A DNA stretch of 64,000 nt from a bacterium (GTDB taxonomy: Bacteria > Zhuqueibacterota > Zhuqueibacteria > Residuimicrobiales > Krinioviventaceae), in assembly GCA_963675755.2 (NCBI GenBank), contig CAXXMD010000003.1:2688001-2752000 (forward strand), in the 5' to 3' direction. Shown here piece after piece: positions 63,001 through 64,000 of the stretch. The notes beneath the pieces were generated by a model. The model did no database searches. It worked only from the letters and a program-made list of their open reading frames with translations, and was not told the DNA's origin. Numbering within the stretch: the stretch's first letter is position 1; each line of letters begins with the position of its first letter. The position numbers and the translations under genes were made by a program.

Positions 63001-63019
63001 TATTGGGGAAAAGGGTACT

Positions 63020-63922
63020 CTAGTTCATTGGTTGGTTTCTAAATTCTATGGGACTCATGCCCACTTCTTTTTTAAACAAGCGGGAAAAGTAGGGCTGGTT
63101 TTCAAAACCTAGCTCATGAGCAATATCGGCAATGCTTTTATTATCTGCAATTAGCATGTTTTTCGCTTGTGAAACAACATGCAAATGGATCAATTCAAGG
63201 GCTGTTTTGCCTGTTTCATGTTTCAACAAGTCGCTCATGTATTTGGGAGAGATATAAAGTTGCTCGGCCATATATTTAACGGAGGGCAAGCCTTTTTCTT
63301 CAGCCTCGCCGCTTTCAAAATACGAGTTTAAATGCTCGGTGAATTTTGTTACGGTTGAACCCGAGAGTTGTTTACGGTCAATAAACTGACGCTTGTAAAA
63401 GCGTTGAGCGTATTTTAACAGGGTGTCCAGATGAGAGAGAATGATTGTTTTGCTGAATTCATCGGGATTGTTGTAATACTCCATTTTTATCTTGTTGTAT
63501 ACAGACCACATGATCTCTTTTTCTCTGGGAGTAAGGTGGAGTGCCTCATTAATTTCATAATCAAAAAAGTTGTATTTTTTGATTTCATTATACAACGGAT
63601 GACCTATTAAATAATCTTCATGCAGGTAGATTGAAAATCCATCTTCCTTAATTACCACATCGTGAATGGATAGCTTTTGTCTGGGTTTGAAAAAATACAT
63701 GAATCCTTTATTGCTGTCATATTTTGTTTTCCCATACAAAAATTCACCGCTTTCAACTTTTTTAAAGCACATAACATAAAAGTTATAAGAGACCTGTTGG
63801 TTTATCAGGCAGGTGCTGCAACTATTGAATTCTACCAACCCTAAAAAAGGATTTTCAGGGGCTGGTGCACCTTCATGTTCGTACAGGTCACCAATATTTT
63901 CAAAATGTAACAAATTTTCCAT
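63020..63922 (-). CDS. AraC family transcriptional regulator
   Basis: LPSVKYMAEQLYISPKYMSDLLKHETGKTA and IADIAHELGFENQPYFSRLFKKEVGMSP (double HTH). Confidence 0.95.
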   Translation of the reverse strand: MENLLHFENIGDLYEHEGAPAPENPFLGLVEFNSCSTCLINQQVSYNFYVMCFKKVESGEFLYGKTKYDSNKGFMYFFKPRQKLSIHDVVIKEDGFSIYLHEDYLIGHPLYNEIKKYNFFDYEINEALHLTPREKEIMWSVYNKIKMEYYNNPDEFSKTIILSHLDTLLKYAQRFYKRQFIDRKQLSGSTVTKFTEHLNSYFESGEAEEKGLPSVKYMAEQLYISPKYMSDLLKHETGKTALELIHLHVVSQAKNMLIADNKSIADIAHELGFENQPYFSRLFKKEVGMSPIEFRNQPMN

Positions 63923-64000
63923 AACTCACACCTTGTGTATTTCCATTCATACTTATACTACAAATAATGTAATTAAATTAAAATAAAATTCTGCTTTTTT

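Overview
Bacterial chromosomal window. Several secreted proteins end in an NYPNPFN... FlgD-Ig/T9SS-type C-terminal sorting domain, and there are Tat-exported sulfatases and TonB/FadL-type outer-membrane barrels. This suggests an FCB-group organism such as a KSB1/Calditrichota-like lineage (inference only). 1-38.6 kb is a variable cell-surface and polysaccharide-use region: two sulfatases, GH/PL-like enzymes, three tandem FadL/PorV-like barrels (the middle one frameshifted), tandem paralogues, a TonB receptor-YfiR-histidine kinase trio, SH3/TPR/PQQ-propeller proteins, and many REP-like and heptamer intergenic repeats. 38.7-55.3 kb is housekeeping: Rrf2-sufBCD-DUF59-Rieske-sufSU, a PpiD/SurA-like PPIase, PTS IIC/IID-HPr-EI-metK-ahcY and a cold-shock gene. 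The best candidate for an undescribed system is an AT-rich, tightly packed four-gene minus-strand operon at 55761-62081. It encodes a NurA-like nuclease, a HerA-like ATPase, a GHKL (MORC/Hsp90-type) ATPase with a coiled coil, and a radical SAM enzyme with a B12-binding-like N-terminus. It is flanked by a truncated gene duplication on one side and a vapBC module on the other. No rRNA, tRNA, CRISPR array, integrase or transposase was recognised. All calls come from motif reading by eye; no database searches were run.
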